64,000 nt of DNA from a virus (taxonomy: Duplodnaviria > Heunggongvirae > Uroviricota > Caudoviricetes). The stretch lies in IMG/VR virus record IMGVR_UViG_3300021400_000048, positions 56,791-120,790 of that record; one strand, written 5' to 3'. The notes beneath the pieces are model-generated. The model was not told the origin of the DNA. It did not search any database and worked only from the letters and a program-made list of their open reading frames with translations. This document shows, one piece after another, positions 55,162 to 63,806 of the stretch. A program made the position numbers and the translations under genes. How positions within the stretch are numbered: the first letter of the stretch is position 1; every line of letters begins with the position of its first letter.

Positions 55162-55185
55162 ATTATTTCTTCTTTCTTTGCCAAT

Positions 55186-55521
55186 TTAATTTTTTGAATC
55201 TTGGTCTTTTTGATAACAAGATTTATTTAACTGTTTCCAAGTTAATTTTGAAAATGATTCTAAAACATCTTCAAAATTTTCTATATAATCGCCATCATTA
55301 AAATCTTCGGAGCAGCCATACTTAGTTGTAATTTTATGCGTTCTTTTATTTACAGAACAATATAATGTTGTAGGAATATCCATACCACCAATACCATCAT
55401 AGCTTGGCATACCATAATAATAAAAACAATGATCAGTTTTAGTATTACAGTATACAGGGTCACCACAAGCATTGTGAATATTTAATCCATTAATAAATTC
55501 TTTGCTTGTTATTACTTTCAT
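55186..55521 (-). CDS. Cys-rich small protein (111 aa)
   Basis: ORF track. Confidence 0.4.
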   Translation of the reverse strand: MKVITSKEFINGLNIHNACGDPVYCNTKTDHCFYYYGMPSYDGIGGMDIPTTLYCSVNKRTHKITTKYGCSEDFNDGDYIENFEDVLESFSKLTWKQLNKSCYQKDQDSKN

Positions 55522-55549
55522 TATTATCTCCCCTTTATTTTTAATCTTC

Positions 55550-55696
55550 TTCTTTTCTTAGTACAAAAAGAATATCTGGATAGGCTCTAATTCCTTTACA
55601 GTCTAGAGCTATTGTATTAATAACTTTCCAGCCTTCTTGTAATAAGTTGTTTAAATAAAATGTATCACCTTTTTCAATAATTATAACTTTATCCAT
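55550..55696 (-). CDS. possible 48-aa protein
   Basis: ATG...TAA found by hand (MDKVIIIEKGDTFYLNN...). Confidence 0.25.
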
Positions 55697-55716
55697 TAAT
55701 TTTAAACCTTTTTTTA

Positions 55717-56124
55717 CTAATTATTATTGCTATTTTCATTAATAAATCTCTCAGCAGTAGCTTTCAAAACTTGATTAATGATTTCATCAATTCTATCAAT
55801 ATATCTTTGTTTCTTAGCTTCTAAAAACTCTTTAACCTTTGCTCGCATTTCTGCTTCACTATAAGGTCTTTCAGAGTAAATAATATATATAGAACCACTA
55901 TCATAATCTTTTATTTTATCAAGATCTTCTTCAGTAAATAACCAATCATACTCTTCAACAGCCCAAGAAGAATAATGAAAACCATAATAGCCATTTTCAT
56001 CACCTCTACAGTCAATAATATAGTAATTCTTTTTTATTGTCTTATATACATACTTATTTTCTTTGTATACATATTCAAGTGCATTAGTATATAATATTTT
56101 TTGCTTTTGCCCAGGTTTAATCAT
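55717..56124 (-). CDS. small protein (135 aa)
   Basis: ORF track. Confidence 0.4.
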   Translation of the reverse strand: MIKPGQKQKILYTNALEYVYKENKYVYKTIKKNYYIIDCRGDENGYYGFHYSSWAVEEYDWLFTEEDLDKIKDYDSGSIYIIYSERPYSEAEMRAKVKEFLEAKKQRYIDRIDEIINQVLKATAERFINENSNNN

Positions 56125-56440
56125 TAGTAAGCTCCTCCTCTGTAAATGCCCAATCTATTCCATACTTATCTACAGGTAAGGTATCTTCACATTCATAACC
56201 ATATACTTCAATATTGTTTGTTAAAAAATTATAAGCTGTACTAAGACTTGTGTAATCTTCTTCATATATTTTATTAAGGCCATTTTTATATATTGGCAAC
56301 TTAGTTATCTTTTCGCATAAATCTGCAATATCTTCTAGCTTACCTAACTTTTTATATACAAGCTCTTCAGTACTAAAAGTATAATCTTCTGGAAGACTAT
56401 CTAGCCACTCCAAGGACCTTTTTAATGTTAATCTTTTCAT
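56117..56440 (-). CDS. small protein (107 aa)
   Basis: ORF track. Confidence 0.4.
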   Translation of the reverse strand: MKRLTLKRSLEWLDSLPEDYTFSTEELVYKKLGKLEDIADLCEKITKLPIYKNGLNKIYEEDYTSLSTAYNFLTNNIEVYGYECEDTLPVDKYGIDWAFTEEELTND

Positions 56441-56546
56441 TATTTGATTTCTCCTTGTATAATTTCTAAAGTATTAATTAAACTAGTAATCAACAAGTCA
56501 AGCACTCTAAGTACATTACTATATTTACTCATATGTATAGCCTCCA

Positions 56547-56566
56547 TATATATTATACAATAAAAT
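56547..56566 (-). promoter_or_regulatory. class B promoter
   Basis: TTTTATTGTATAATATATATGGAGG; possible 30-aa ORF 56440..56532 follows. Confidence 0.55.
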
Positions 56567-56614
56567 GTAATAAAAAAGTCCATATTATTAAAAAATAATA
56601 CGGAATTTATTTAA

Positions 56615-56983
56615 CTACCACCAGTGTAAATTATCACAATTTGTAGCTCTTTGTGCAAAGACTTCCATAGCATAAATACAAGTATCCATATTACCATCAC
56701 CAATGAAGTCGTCCATTTCTTGCTCATATTTAGCGATTAAGTCTTGGCCTTCTTTAAAATTGCAGTCATATGTAGATATTGCTGCGAGCATACAAATATT
56801 ATCTAAATTGTTATTTAATTTATTATAAAACCATTCTGGTGAAAGATATTCTTTTTTTATCTTATTATCAACATCTGTCTCTAAATACCATTCTGTACAG
56901 TCTATTTGAATAGAAATTGTGCCTTCCGCAAATCTAAAAACTAAGCCATTATTTGCTTCAATTAATTTATCTTTATTTGTCAT
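56615..56983 (-). CDS. small protein (122 aa)
   Basis: ORF track. Confidence 0.4.
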   Translation of the reverse strand: MTNKDKLIEANNGLVFRFAEGTISIQIDCTEWYLETDVDNKIKKEYLSPEWFYNKLNNNLDNICMLAAISTYDCNFKEGQDLIAKYEQEMDDFIGDGNMDTCIYAMEVFAQRATNCDNLHWW

Positions 56984-57248
56984 GTATTATCTTCCTCAAA
57001 TCATCTAATATTATAAATGCGCCTAAATTATATTGTGATCGTTGACATTTTTCACAATCTTCGATATTAGTTTTATCTAAAGCTTTATATTTTTTATATA
57101 ATATATTAACATATTTTTTTACTTCATTTAAAGTATTAAAAGCATTTTCAATAACTTCAAATGCTTTATCCTCTTCATCATCTAAGTATCCTTCATCATA
57201 TGGAAGTAGACTATCTTTTAATTTTGCCACTGCTTCTTTATCTATCAT
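56973..57248 (-). CDS. small protein (91 aa)
   Basis: ORF track. Confidence 0.4.
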   Translation of the reverse strand: MIDKEAVAKLKDSLLPYDEGYLDDEEDKAFEVIENAFNTLNEVKKYVNILYKKYKALDKTNIEDCEKCQRSQYNLGAFIILDDLRKIIHDK

Positions 57249-57543
57249 TCTCTAATACCTTTTTTAATTCAAATAATAATTCTAATCTTTTATTATTGTA
57301 ATTATATTCTATATAACATTCCATATCACCTAAACAACTGTTTAAATATTCTTGTCTTTTTTGTAGGGCATCAATCCTTGTTTGAATTTCACTTTCTAGT
57401 TTATCTAATCTATTTAAACTATCATCAATAGAAGATAGGCATTTACCTACTAGCTGAGCTTGCTCGATACTTTGATTTTGTGGTAAATATAAACTTTCTT
57501 CACAACAATAGCTAATTATTTCTAATGCTTCTTTATCTACCAT
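57238..57543 (-). CDS. small coiled-coil protein (101 aa)
   Basis: ORF track. Confidence 0.4.
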   Translation of the reverse strand: MVDKEALEIISYCCEESLYLPQNQSIEQAQLVGKCLSSIDDSLNRLDKLESEIQTRIDALQKRQEYLNSCLGDMECYIEYNYNNKRLELLFELKKVLENDR

Positions 57544-57728
57544 TTTTCTCTATTCCTCTTCTTCAAGTATATCAGTTTCCATACAACCCATTAATTGTGA
57601 AACAGACATTGAATTAATTTGTTCTATCATTTGAATTTCAGCATCTTCTTCATTCTCAGCTAAAAATGTATCTTCTAATTCGAATCTAATTATATATCGT
57701 TTCATTCTTCATCTCCTGCAAAACTTTA

Positions 57729-57929
57729 TTACTCTCTTGCATCTTTTCTTTCTTCTTCACTGATTCCAATAATATCACAAAGCATATCATAATCTTCTTC
57801 ATCATCACTAAAGACTTGAATTGTTATTTCATTTAAATCACAATTTTCGCCTGCAAAGATATCAAATCTTGCATTTCTTTGTATTAAATCTATTATTTCT
57901 TGTTTTGTGTATTTAATCTTCTTCATCAT
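57729..57929 (-). CDS. small acidic protein (66 aa)
   Basis: ORF track. Confidence 0.4.
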   Translation of the reverse strand: MMKKIKYTKQEIIDLIQRNARFDIFAGENCDLNEITIQVFSDDEEDYDMLCDIIGISEEERKDARE

Positions 57930-58137
57930 CTTCTCCTATAGATTCAAATCCATTATCACATCCGATATATTCCCCGCCTTCACAAGTGGCTAATATATCA
58001 CAATCATGAAAGTATTTACAATCTTCACAAAAATTGACTATGTCTACTAATTTACATGTATTATAATGTTCGCAATCAATACAATTATTCATTTTAATAT
58101 TTCCTTTAGCTAAAACTCTTTGGACGAATTTGAACAT
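57913..58137 (-). CDS. Cys-rich zinc-finger-like small protein (74 aa)
   Basis: CIDCEHYNTC...CEDCKYFHDC pattern. Confidence 0.4.
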   Translation of the reverse strand: MFKFVQRVLAKGNIKMNNCIDCEHYNTCKLVDIVNFCEDCKYFHDCDILATCEGGEYIGCDNGFESIGEDDEED

Positions 58138-58555
58138 GTAAAGTGAAACTACTTATATCAAAGTAAGTGTCTGCTTTTAACTTCTCAAAAAGCTTTTCAT
58201 CAAAAGAGAAAGAATTAACAATTTCTTTTGATATTTGTGAAGTAATCGCCTCTATTCCCTTGTAATATTTAAGTTCATTTTGTAGTCTATTATATTCTTC
58301 TAAAGGAATAGTAATAGAACTTCTATCAAGTATTTCTTTTTCATGTTCAATTACTTCTTCTCTTTCAGCTCTTAAATTACTAAGCATAATTGATCTTGCT
58401 GTTTCAGAATCTCCAATAAAACGAAGATATTCACTATACTCTTTACTATTAGGATCAAGTTTGTCTAATTCCTCAGCACAGCGTTTTGATACTGCTCTGT
58501 TAGTTTCTTCTAAATCTTTAATTGCTTTATTTATTTGTTTTAATCTATCACTCAT
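58106..58555 (-). CDS. small protein (149 aa)
   Basis: ORF track. Confidence 0.4.
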   Translation of the reverse strand: MSDRLKQINKAIKDLEETNRAVSKRCAEELDKLDPNSKEYSEYLRFIGDSETARSIMLSNLRAEREEVIEHEKEILDRSSITIPLEEYNRLQNELKYYKGIEAITSQISKEIVNSFSFDEKLFEKLKADTYFDISSFTLHVQIRPKSFS

Positions 58556-58880
58556 TTTTAAATACCTTATTTAGTAAATCAAATTCTTCTTGATTTAGTT
58601 TAAATTTATTTTGATGATTTGTTCTATCTAACCAATCGTTATAATCAGAAAGACTTCTATGAAACATACAAAACATCACTATATTTATTTGTTTTTCTTT
58701 TATAATTTCAATAGCCTTCTCTAATTTTTTCAATCTTTGTAAATCTTGTCTAATATCTTTTGAATAATTAACAATGTTATCAGCCTGTTCTTCTGTCAAG
58801 TCAAAATTTTCATCTTCTATTTTATCACATAAATTAAATAAAAGATTGGTAATAAAAAACAATTTATCTATGCTTGTCAT
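58548..58880 (-). CDS. small protein (110 aa)
   Basis: ORF track. Confidence 0.4.
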   Translation of the reverse strand: MTSIDKLFFITNLLFNLCDKIEDENFDLTEEQADNIVNYSKDIRQDLQRLKKLEKAIEIIKEKQINIVMFCMFHRSLSDYNDWLDRTNHQNKFKLNQEEFDLLNKVFKNE

Positions 58881-59253
58881 ATTTAACTCCCTTCGTTTTT
58901 AAATATACTACTACTGGCTGAGTTATAATAAATTCTTTTAGCATCATGTTAACTTTCAATGTATGGATATATTCATTATTACTTGGAATAATTGTCATGT
59001 TTTCATATAATTGCTCTAATATATATTTTTCTGCTTCTTCAATTTTTGATTGATCCTCTATGAGCTTTCTTAATTGTTCATTTTCTTTTAACAACTCTTT
59101 TTTATCTAACTCTTTCAAAGTAATTCTTTCTTGAAGTGAATTTTCTAACATTTTATTTTCTTCTTCGAGTTTTTCAATTCTTTTCTCAAGTTGTCTTTCT
59201 CTTTCATAAATAAATTCATCAGGTCTTGCGCCTAAAAATCCTGTGTCATTCAT
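58864..59253 (-). CDS. coiled-coil protein (129 aa)
   Basis: ORF track. Confidence 0.4.
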   Translation of the reverse strand: MNDTGFLGARPDEFIYERERQLEKRIEKLEEENKMLENSLQERITLKELDKKELLKENEQLRKLIEDQSKIEEAEKYILEQLYENMTIIPSNNEYIHTLKVNMMLKEFIITQPVVVYLKTKGVKYDKHR

Positions 59254-59918
59254 TATAGCATACCTCTCAATATTTTTTTCTTAACTATAGTAGTACACTC
59301 GCCATTAAGTATTTTACACATTAACTCAGGTCTTATGCTTATTAAAACATAATTTTCAAAATAATCATCAAGTCCTATATAATGATTTTCAACATACATA
59401 GGCTCTCCTAAATGCTCTACTGCATTCATCATATTTTGTGGTGCTTTTGTTATAGGTATTAAAGCTCCGTCTTCATCAAATTTACAATAATCGCTTAATT
59501 CTTTCGGCTCATCAAATATATGCAAGTTCTTAATGTGGATTGCTTTGCCATCTTTATTGCCTAAATAATCCATTATAGCATCTGAATCTAAGCAACTTTC
59601 TTTGGCTAGTTCACATTTATAATTACCAATATTTAATCCTCTATATTCCCACCACCACTCATTGTGCAATCTGCCTGAATCATCTCTTTCATAAATATGA
59701 TTAAACTTTATCTTTTCAATATCATAATCGCACTCAGCAACAATTTTACCATTAAGTGCTTCTTCTAAAGATAACCCTTCATCATAAAAATATTGCCTAT
59801 TTACAGTACAGAAATTATCATAGCTACAACACATATCATTATAGTCATAATCACCACTTTCATGTATTAAATACGGTCTGCCCTTAGGACAATATAATAA
59901 TGCTTTTAATACTTCCAT
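59253..59918 (-). CDS. hypothetical 221-aa protein
   Basis: ORF track. Confidence 0.45.
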   Translation of the reverse strand: MEVLKALLYCPKGRPYLIHESGDYDYNDMCCSYDNFCTVNRQYFYDEGLSLEEALNGKIVAECDYDIEKIKFNHIYERDDSGRLHNEWWWEYRGLNIGNYKCELAKESCLDSDAIMDYLGNKDGKAIHIKNLHIFDEPKELSDYCKFDEDGALIPITKAPQNMMNAVEHLGEPMYVENHYIGLDDYFENYVLISIRPELMCKILNGECTTIVKKKILRGML

Positions 59919-59953
59919 CGTCTTATTACCTCTTACTAAGTATTCCTATTATA

Positions 59954-60196
59954 TTAATTATTAAAACAAGCATGCAGCTCCTCTACATCCTTTAAGTAAA
60001 CTTTAAATAAACATGCTCGTTCTTTTCGTAGGCTCTCCGTATAGTCTGCTAAGCCTCTACGTTGTTCTTCTGACATATAACAATATGAAGACGATGAAGA
60101 TAAGCGTGAATAAGTATCATCTATTTCCTTCATTCTTGTCAGTAGCTTATCAATAGCAGAATTTATTTGTGATACTTTATTATAATCAATATTCAT
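59954..60196 (-). CDS. small protein (80 aa)
   Basis: ORF track. Confidence 0.4.
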   Translation of the reverse strand: MNIDYNKVSQINSAIDKLLTRMKEIDDTYSRLSSSSSYCYMSEEQRRGLADYTESLRKERACLFKVYLKDVEELHACFNN

Positions 60197-60213
60197 AAAT
60201 TTGCACTTTCTAA

Positions 60214-60879
60214 TTACTTTTCTGGCTGCCAGTTATAAATTACAACTTTATAAATGTCTTTATAAGTATCAGGAAAAATAGGATCTGTAACAGTTTCACA
60301 ATGATCATATTTAACTTCAATATTAGTTTCAAAATCTTTTGTATATTTTCTGAAGCCTAGCTCCTTAGTTAAATATTTAGTTATAGTATCTGCAGCATCT
60401 AATGTAATATTTTGTCTGTTTTCATATCCATATAATTTTACATTATCATCTGTAATAGGTATTGTAAAACAGCTTACTTCTAATTGCTCAGGATGTGCTT
60501 TTATTTGTGTACTAATCTTTTCCTTTAAGTCTGCTTTAACAGTAGCCATTTCAGCATTAAAATTATAAACAGCTAAATCATACTCTGCACTATCTTTTCC
60601 TGTAGCAGCACTTGCCTTATCTATATTTTCTCTATATAATTGCTCAGATAATGTTTCTGTCTTTTCTTTGCTTCCTTCTTTTTTATTTAAGATGCAGTTT
60701 GCAATAAAGCTTGCTAAGAATACTACAAAACTACCTATACATATACCGCCTAATAAAGCTTGTGTAATTGGATAACTGCTTGTAAACATAGCCGCAAACA
60801 TACAAATACTTGTAATTACAAAACTAATAAAACATGTCCAACCTAAAATACTGTCTAAAACTTGTGATTTTTCTTTCAT
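60214..60879 (-). CDS. 2-TM membrane protein, 221 aa
   Basis: ORF track; class B cassette 60941-61012 upstream. Confidence 0.5.
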   Translation of the reverse strand: MKEKSQVLDSILGWTCFISFVITSICMFAAMFTSSYPITQALLGGICIGSFVVFLASFIANCILNKKEGSKEKTETLSEQLYRENIDKASAATGKDSAEYDLAVYNFNAEMATVKADLKEKISTQIKAHPEQLEVSCFTIPITDDNVKLYGYENRQNITLDAADTITKYLTKELGFRKYTKDFETNIEVKYDHCETVTDPIFPDTYKDIYKVVIYNWQPEK

Positions 60880-60940
60880 ATGAATTTCCTCTCTATTTCA
60901 TTTATTTAATCCTGATAAAAATAAATAGCTTTTATCTACT

Positions 60941-60956
60941 ATATTATACAATAAAC
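60941..60956 (-). promoter_or_regulatory. class B promoter
   Basis: TTTATTGTATAATATAGTAG before the ATG at 60879; hairpin 60975-61012 upstream. Confidence 0.55.
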
Positions 60957-60974
60957 ATTTGTAAAATTACTATA

Positions 60975-61012
60975 AAAATAAAAAAAATATAACTATGTAT
61001 TTTTTAAGTTAT
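60975..61012 (-). terminator. hairpin AATATAACT...AGTTATATT + T-run
   Basis: 3' of the gene ending at 61039. Confidence 0.5.
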
Positions 61013-61038
61013 ATTTTTTATACGCTTTATTATTGTTT

Positions 61039-61431
61039 TTAATATTCACCATCTTCATTAAAGAACTTTTCATAGAAACATTCTTCATCAACTAAATAGC
61101 AACTTCTACCGCCAAGACATTGTTGATATAGAGTTTGTCTTTGCTCCTTAGTTAGTTTCATTAAATCATGAATATTTGTATACTTAGGAACATCTCTTAA
61201 TCTCATAGTAGCACCGCCAGATAATTCCTTTTCCTCTGCAGCTTTATAAACAGTTTCTAGTTTATCCATTAGTTCTTTTATTTTTAAAACTTCACTGTGA
61301 ACATCTGCATAATCACTTTCTTTAAAAAGAAGCGCATCTAGTTTTTCCTGTGCATTCAATAATTCTATTTGAAGTCTGCGTCTATCTCTTTCAAGTTGAT
61401 ATAATGTTATTTCTTGCATAATTTTAACCAC
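61039..61431 (-). CDS. hypothetical 130-aa protein
   Basis: ORF track. Confidence 0.45.
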   Translation of the reverse strand: MVKIMQEITLYQLERDRRRLQIELLNAQEKLDALLFKESDYADVHSEVLKIKELMDKLETVYKAAEEKELSGGATMRLRDVPKYTNIHDLMKLTKEQRQTLYQQCLGGRSCYLVDEECFYEKFFNEDGEY

Positions 61432-61445
61432 CCAATTATTTCTTA

Positions 61446-61835
61446 TTAATCTAACTGCTCAATAACTTTCTTAACATCTTCAAAAATTTCTTTTGTAGTA
61501 TATTTCTTTTCTTCTTCTTGAATTACAGCATTAATAGCATTAATTAAAAAATAATATCCAACAAAATCACCCGCATGTGCATAATCCCAGCCAATATAAT
61601 AATCTGACTTAGATCCTATATTAATATCAGCTAAGCTGCTTCCATAAGTTAATCCGCCGTGCACAGTTATATCTAATTCTCTATAATCTTTATCATAATA
61701 TTTATGATCTTTTGGTATTTCTACATATGCACATGGATGCACTCCATATGATATAATTACATAATGATAACCTTTATAAGTATCATCTGCAAGTATTGTC
61801 ACTTCTCTAGTTGGCTTATAGATCATTTCTTTCAT
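61446..61835 (-). CDS. hypothetical 129-aa protein
   Basis: ORF track. Confidence 0.45.
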   Translation of the reverse strand: MKEMIYKPTREVTILADDTYKGYHYVIISYGVHPCAYVEIPKDHKYYDKDYRELDITVHGGLTYGSSLADINIGSKSDYYIGWDYAHAGDFVGYYFLINAINAVIQEEEKKYTTKEIFEDVKKVIEQLD

Positions 61836-61847
61836 AGTTAATACCTC

Positions 61848-62207
61848 TTATCCTCTTCCCTTTCCTCTGCTTCTTGTAGGTGCACTTACTGGAAAATTAC
61901 TATAAACATCTCTATAGTAATAGCTACTACTTATAGCAGATGTAAAAGCATTAATTGCAGCAAGTGGTGTCGTAATTCTTGCTAAGCGACCGCTAGATTT
62001 AGATCTTGAACGCTCGTAGCTTAGCTTACGCCATAGCATTAATCTATCATATTTCTCTTTAGAAATTTCAGCCAGCTTTACAATTTCAATGTTTTTATCA
62101 TACATTTTTTGTAGTTGAAATATTACACCTTTTGGCTTAGCAGCTGTAATTAATTCTGCACGCTCAGTATTTAAATATTTAAATTTAACATAATAACATT
62201 TATACAT
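61848..62207 (-). CDS. 119-aa protein with a basic C-terminal tail
   Basis: ORF track; GTGAGGG RBS; class B variant 62235-62256. Confidence 0.45.
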   Translation of the reverse strand: MYKCYYVKFKYLNTERAELITAAKPKGVIFQLQKMYDKNIEIVKLAEISKEKYDRLMLWRKLSYERSRSKSSGRLARITTPLAAINAFTSAISSSYYYRDVYSNFPVSAPTRSRGKGRG

Positions 62208-62234
62208 ATATCTGTATCCCTCACTATTCTATCT

Positions 62235-62256
62235 ATATATATTATACCGCAAAATA
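62235..62256 (-). promoter_or_regulatory. class B variant (TTTTGCGGTATAATATATATAG)
   Basis: Before the ATG at 62207; also marks the 3' boundary of the ncRNA candidate. Confidence 0.5.
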
Positions 62257-62334
62257 AAATATTTGTAAATAGTTTTTATATATGAAAACGCTTTCGTTAA
62301 ATACATAAAATAAAAAATCAAAACCATTATACTA

Positions 62335-63105
62335 GTGTAAAGGTTTAACGGCCGAGCTTACCTTTCTTGTTAGAGCTCACCTCATACGAGGGCTCTTGCA
62401 TACTAACCTCGTCCAACGCTTATTCAACAGATCGTGTTGTAAAGATCTTATTCGTCGTCTGGCTAACCACTAATAGGTTTTGATTTGATTTAAATCTTTC
62501 GTTTACAGCTATAGGTACGAAAGCAACCTACCTCAAGTAGCCATGTTTGCACTCTTTCGGCAATGGCTGGGTACCGCTTATATTTTCCACGCAGCTTGCA
62601 CTCACTATGACCACTAGGCCTATGATCAGTAGGCTCTTGTGCAGCACACCTCGTAATAAGTAAATTTGGAAACATATAACTGTATAACAGAGATTCAAAC
62701 TCTGTATTCACCATAGTCGGTTTACTAATATTTTTCAGGCCACACTTCAATAGTATCACGTTCATACTACACAGTCAAAGAAGTCTCGTTTTTAATTATG
62801 ACTGCTTTAGATCTCCTTACTACTATTATTAGTAAACTCACTATGATGATGTAAGGTCAGCTCGTGCCCACGGTCTTCGCAGGTGAGGGGCCGATGGTTT
62901 ACGTCTCCGACACTCTACCTTACATTTAAATCATTTTCGTTCAGGTTGGATTCCTTACCTGTTCTTGTAGTTCACTCTAGCGTATTGGCTCTACCAACAT
63001 CCACGGGCTTTGGACTTTAGAATATATCAGGCCTTGAGTCCTTACTCTGTTTAATCGGCCTGCCTGCCTGACACCTAATATATTCATCACTACTCGCCGT
63101 AGTCG
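62335..63105 (-). ncRNA. candidate large structured ncRNA (about 770 nt; GC-rich, ORF-free, immediately 3' of a tRNA-like gene)
   Basis: Visibly GC-richer than all flanking sequence. The only track ORF here (62490..62765) is composition noise. Many local helices, e.g. CTTTCGT/ACGAAAG at 62497-62525 and GGCTCTTG repeats. Lies in the transcription unit of class B promoter 63408-63427. Confidence 0.45.
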
Positions 63106-63108
63106 ACC

Positions 63109-63183
63109 TACTACTAACAGGAATCGAACCTGTGCATAGATGCTTACACAGCACCATGCTCTTAGCCACTGAGCTATAGTAAT
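63109..63183 (-). tRNA. tRNA-like gene with an aberrant anticodon arm (UGU/Thr or GUG/His reading; no encoded CCA)
   Basis: Minus-strand sequence ATTACTA-TA-GCTC-AGTGGCTAA-GAGC-AT-GGTGC-TGTGTAA-GCATC-TATGC-ACAGG-TTCGATT-CCTGT-TAGTAGT-A. Acceptor (1 G.U), D arm and T arm (GGTTCGATTCC) are canonical. The anticodon loop has G at position 33 in the only 5-bp-stem fold. Confidence 0.6.
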
Positions 63184-63407
63184 AAGTTCACTACGACGAA
63201 GTAATTGTAGGCCGTATAATTCGAATTGACTCCGATATATAGCTCTTTTCCGGATAGTGTGATATATACCTTCAAGCCCTTCCTTTATAATATCTTCTAA
63301 GACATATTATCCGTCAATAACTGTTTCTTATATTTTTTTATAATGGTGCTTCTACATATTACTCTCATAGATGTCATAGGAAGTCAACTAAGACTTCTCA
63401 TGTTTCA

Positions 63408-63427
63408 TATTATATTATACAATAAAA
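63408..63427 (-). promoter_or_regulatory. class B promoter driving the tRNA-like gene and the large ncRNA candidate
   Basis: AATTTTTATTGTATAATATAATATG; no protein start for more than 1 kb downstream. A 220-nt leader with hairpin GAAGTC-TTAGTT-GACTTC (63372-63390) precedes the tRNA. Confidence 0.55.
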
Positions 63428-63524
63428 ATTCTAAATTTTAAAATTATTTTGCACTTTTAATTAAAACAAATATTATTACGCTGATAAATAATATAATATA
63501 AACTAAATCAGTAATAAGCATAAA

Positions 63525-63806
63525 CTATTTCTTTTTATCTTTACATAATATACATTCACCGTGAACTAATGCACAGTCAGTTGAGTGTAATAGTAATACT
63601 GAATCATCTTTTAGTATAACTTGAATTTGATCACTATCATCATAATCACGCCAAGACTTTATCTCATAGCATTTTCCTGTTTCATAAATATGCACGTGAT
63701 CAAATGTATATTTAAAGTCAAATACTTGTCTATTACAGCCAGACAAAGCAAATGCTATAAATACTAAACAAACAATAGTTAAAATTAAAATTAATAGTTT
63801 TTTCAT
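63525..63806 (-). CDS. lipoprotein (signal peptide + lipobox ALSGC), 93 aa
   Basis: MKKLLILILTIVCLVFIAFALSGC...; AAGAGGG RBS. Confidence 0.6.
   Translation of the reverse strand: MKKLLILILTIVCLVFIAFALSGCNRQVFDFKYTFDHVHIYETGKCYEIKSWRDYDDSDQIQVILKDDSVLLLHSTDCALVHGECILCKDKKK

Noticed and set aside
62490-62765. ORF 62490..62765 (-) inside the GC-rich region
   Set aside because: It has no RBS, a Cys/Arg-rich composition and odd codon usage. The region behaves as structured RNA.
62335-63183. tmRNA interpretation of the tRNA-like element plus downstream RNA
   Set aside because: The tRNA-like part has both acceptor strands contiguous, unlike tmRNA. It sits at the 5' end, not the 3' end, of the long RNA. 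No tag-peptide reading frame ending in ALAA/FA-type residues was found. This remains untested by a model search.
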